From positions 1 through 57,396 of the forward strand of contig JAAYOY010000090.1 in the NCBI GenBank assembly GCA_012520035.1: a stretch of DNA of 57,396 bases, read 5' to 3'. The notes beneath the pieces were generated by a model. It had not been told where the DNA came from, did not search any database, and saw only the letters and a list, made by a program, of their open reading frames with translations. The DNA is from Bacillota bacterium. Lineage in GTDB: Bacteria > Bacillota > Dethiobacteria > DTU022 > UBA8154. Position numbers and translations under genes: made by a program. Positions within the stretch are counted from its first letter, which is position 1, and every line of letters begins with the position of its first letter. Positions 56,755-57,396 of the stretch are shown here, piece by piece.

Positions 56755-57396
56755 TTAGATAGCATTTTTCTCCTTCAGCGCACCGTTTACATAGGCAAGA
56801 AATTCCTCAGCTTTTTCACGTGGAGGCTCTGTGAAGAGACTCACCACGATAAAAAGAATTAAGGAAACGATACCACTCCATATTCCCGGCCCCCAGCCCA
56901 GCGGCTGCACACCACCGAACTGGAAATATGCCGCTATTATGCCGCCGACTATAATGCTGGTAATAGCTCCGGCCGCGGTACCTCTTTTCCAAAAAAAGGC
57001 ACCTATAAGGGAAGGAACCGTAACCAGAAGTCCCGCTGAAGATGCCACCGACAGAACAGCGATAAGCCCCAGGCGCAAGCTGGCAAAAAAGAAAATAGCT
57101 ATAGTAAAAAGCGGTATAAATACCTTACCTACCAGCAGCTCAAAATCTTCATCAATATTGGGATTGATCCTTTTGACAACATCTCTGGAGACCATGGAGG
57201 AAAGAGTAAGGATGATCGAGTTCACCGTTGAGATAGCTGCCGCGGTAATACCGAGCAGTACAAAAAGGGCAATCGCGGTTGGTACTATATCCAACGACAG
57301 CAGGGCGGGGGTAGCATCATCGGCCACGGCAAGATCAGGAAACAGCAAACGGGCGGAGAACCCCCAGATTATAGAGATTAATGTATAAATAAACCC
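56755..57396 (-). CDS. Sodium:solute symporter (SSS) family transporter, C-terminal part (gene runs off right edge)
   Basis: Hydrophobic multi-TM sequence ...AAAISTVNSIILTLSSMVSRDV.... The frame stays open to the window end upstream of the annotated Met. Confidence 0.65.
   Translation of the reverse strand, partial: GFIYTLISIIWGFSARLLFPDLAVADDATPALLSLDIVPTAIALFVLLGITAAAISTVNSIILTLSSMVSRDVVKRINPNIDEDFELLVGKVFIPLFTIAIFFFASLRLGLIAVLSVASSAGLLVTVPSLIGAFFWKRGTAAGAITSIIVGGIIAAYFQFGGVQPLGWGPGIWSGIVSLILFIVVSLFTEPPREKAEEFLAYVNGALKEKNAI

Noticed and set aside
1-57396. rRNA, tRNA or tmRNA genes and prophage or defence-system genes.
   Set aside because: No intergenic region shows tRNA-like GC-rich cloverleaf segments or rRNA-like sequence. 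No restriction, Cas, abortive-infection or toxin-antitoxin-like ORFs were recognisable.

Overview
This window looks like a chromosomal segment from a low-to-moderate-GC Bacillota (Clostridia, possibly Peptococcaceae-like) anaerobe. That placement comes from gene content and synteny only. Almost every gene is on the minus strand.

Left half (1-28.7 kb), accessory anaerobic CoA-thioester catabolism:
- A PaaI-like thioesterase fragment, a MoaD/ThiS-like GG protein and a PaaK-like ligase.
- A Zn-ADH, a crotonase and a cytoplasmic molybdopterin oxidoreductase.
- An iron-sulfur flavoprotein.
- Two AMP-forming acyl-CoA ligases.
- Indolepyruvate:ferredoxin oxidoreductase (IorAB).
- A 2-hydroxyacyl-CoA-dehydratase/BCR-like subunit pair with no activator ATPase in view.
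- A D-2-hydroxyacid dehydrogenase and an amidohydrolase.
- A DUF35/thiolase pair, an SDR and a PaaY-like protein.

Right half, core genes: tsf-rpsB, codY, hslUV, xerC, trmFO, topA, dprA, a KamA-like radical SAM gene and panDCB plus a DUF2520 reductase. It continues with three M42 peptidases, a MetE-like protein, cimA, CotF-like spore proteins, a B12-radical-SAM protein, a split ADP-forming acyl-CoA synthetase, an RlpA-like wall protein and a partial SSS transporter.

The most interesting signal is a roughly 7-kb segment (about 7.65-14.66 kb) bracketed by two ~95-bp direct repeats. It holds an FMN-binding lipoprotein with a flavinylation-type motif, a decayed IS110-like transposase, and two tandem paralogous genes. 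The ORF track splits each of those two genes in two. In both cases the halves are in frame and separated only by a TGA inside a U-x-x-C motif with a hairpin just downstream. I read them as two signal-peptide-bearing selenoproteins: a GrdB/UGSC-like Sec module fused to an uncharacterised ~450-aa domain. Together with the lipoprotein they may form an undescribed extracytoplasmic flavin/selenol redox module.

No rRNA, tRNA or CRISPR array was seen.
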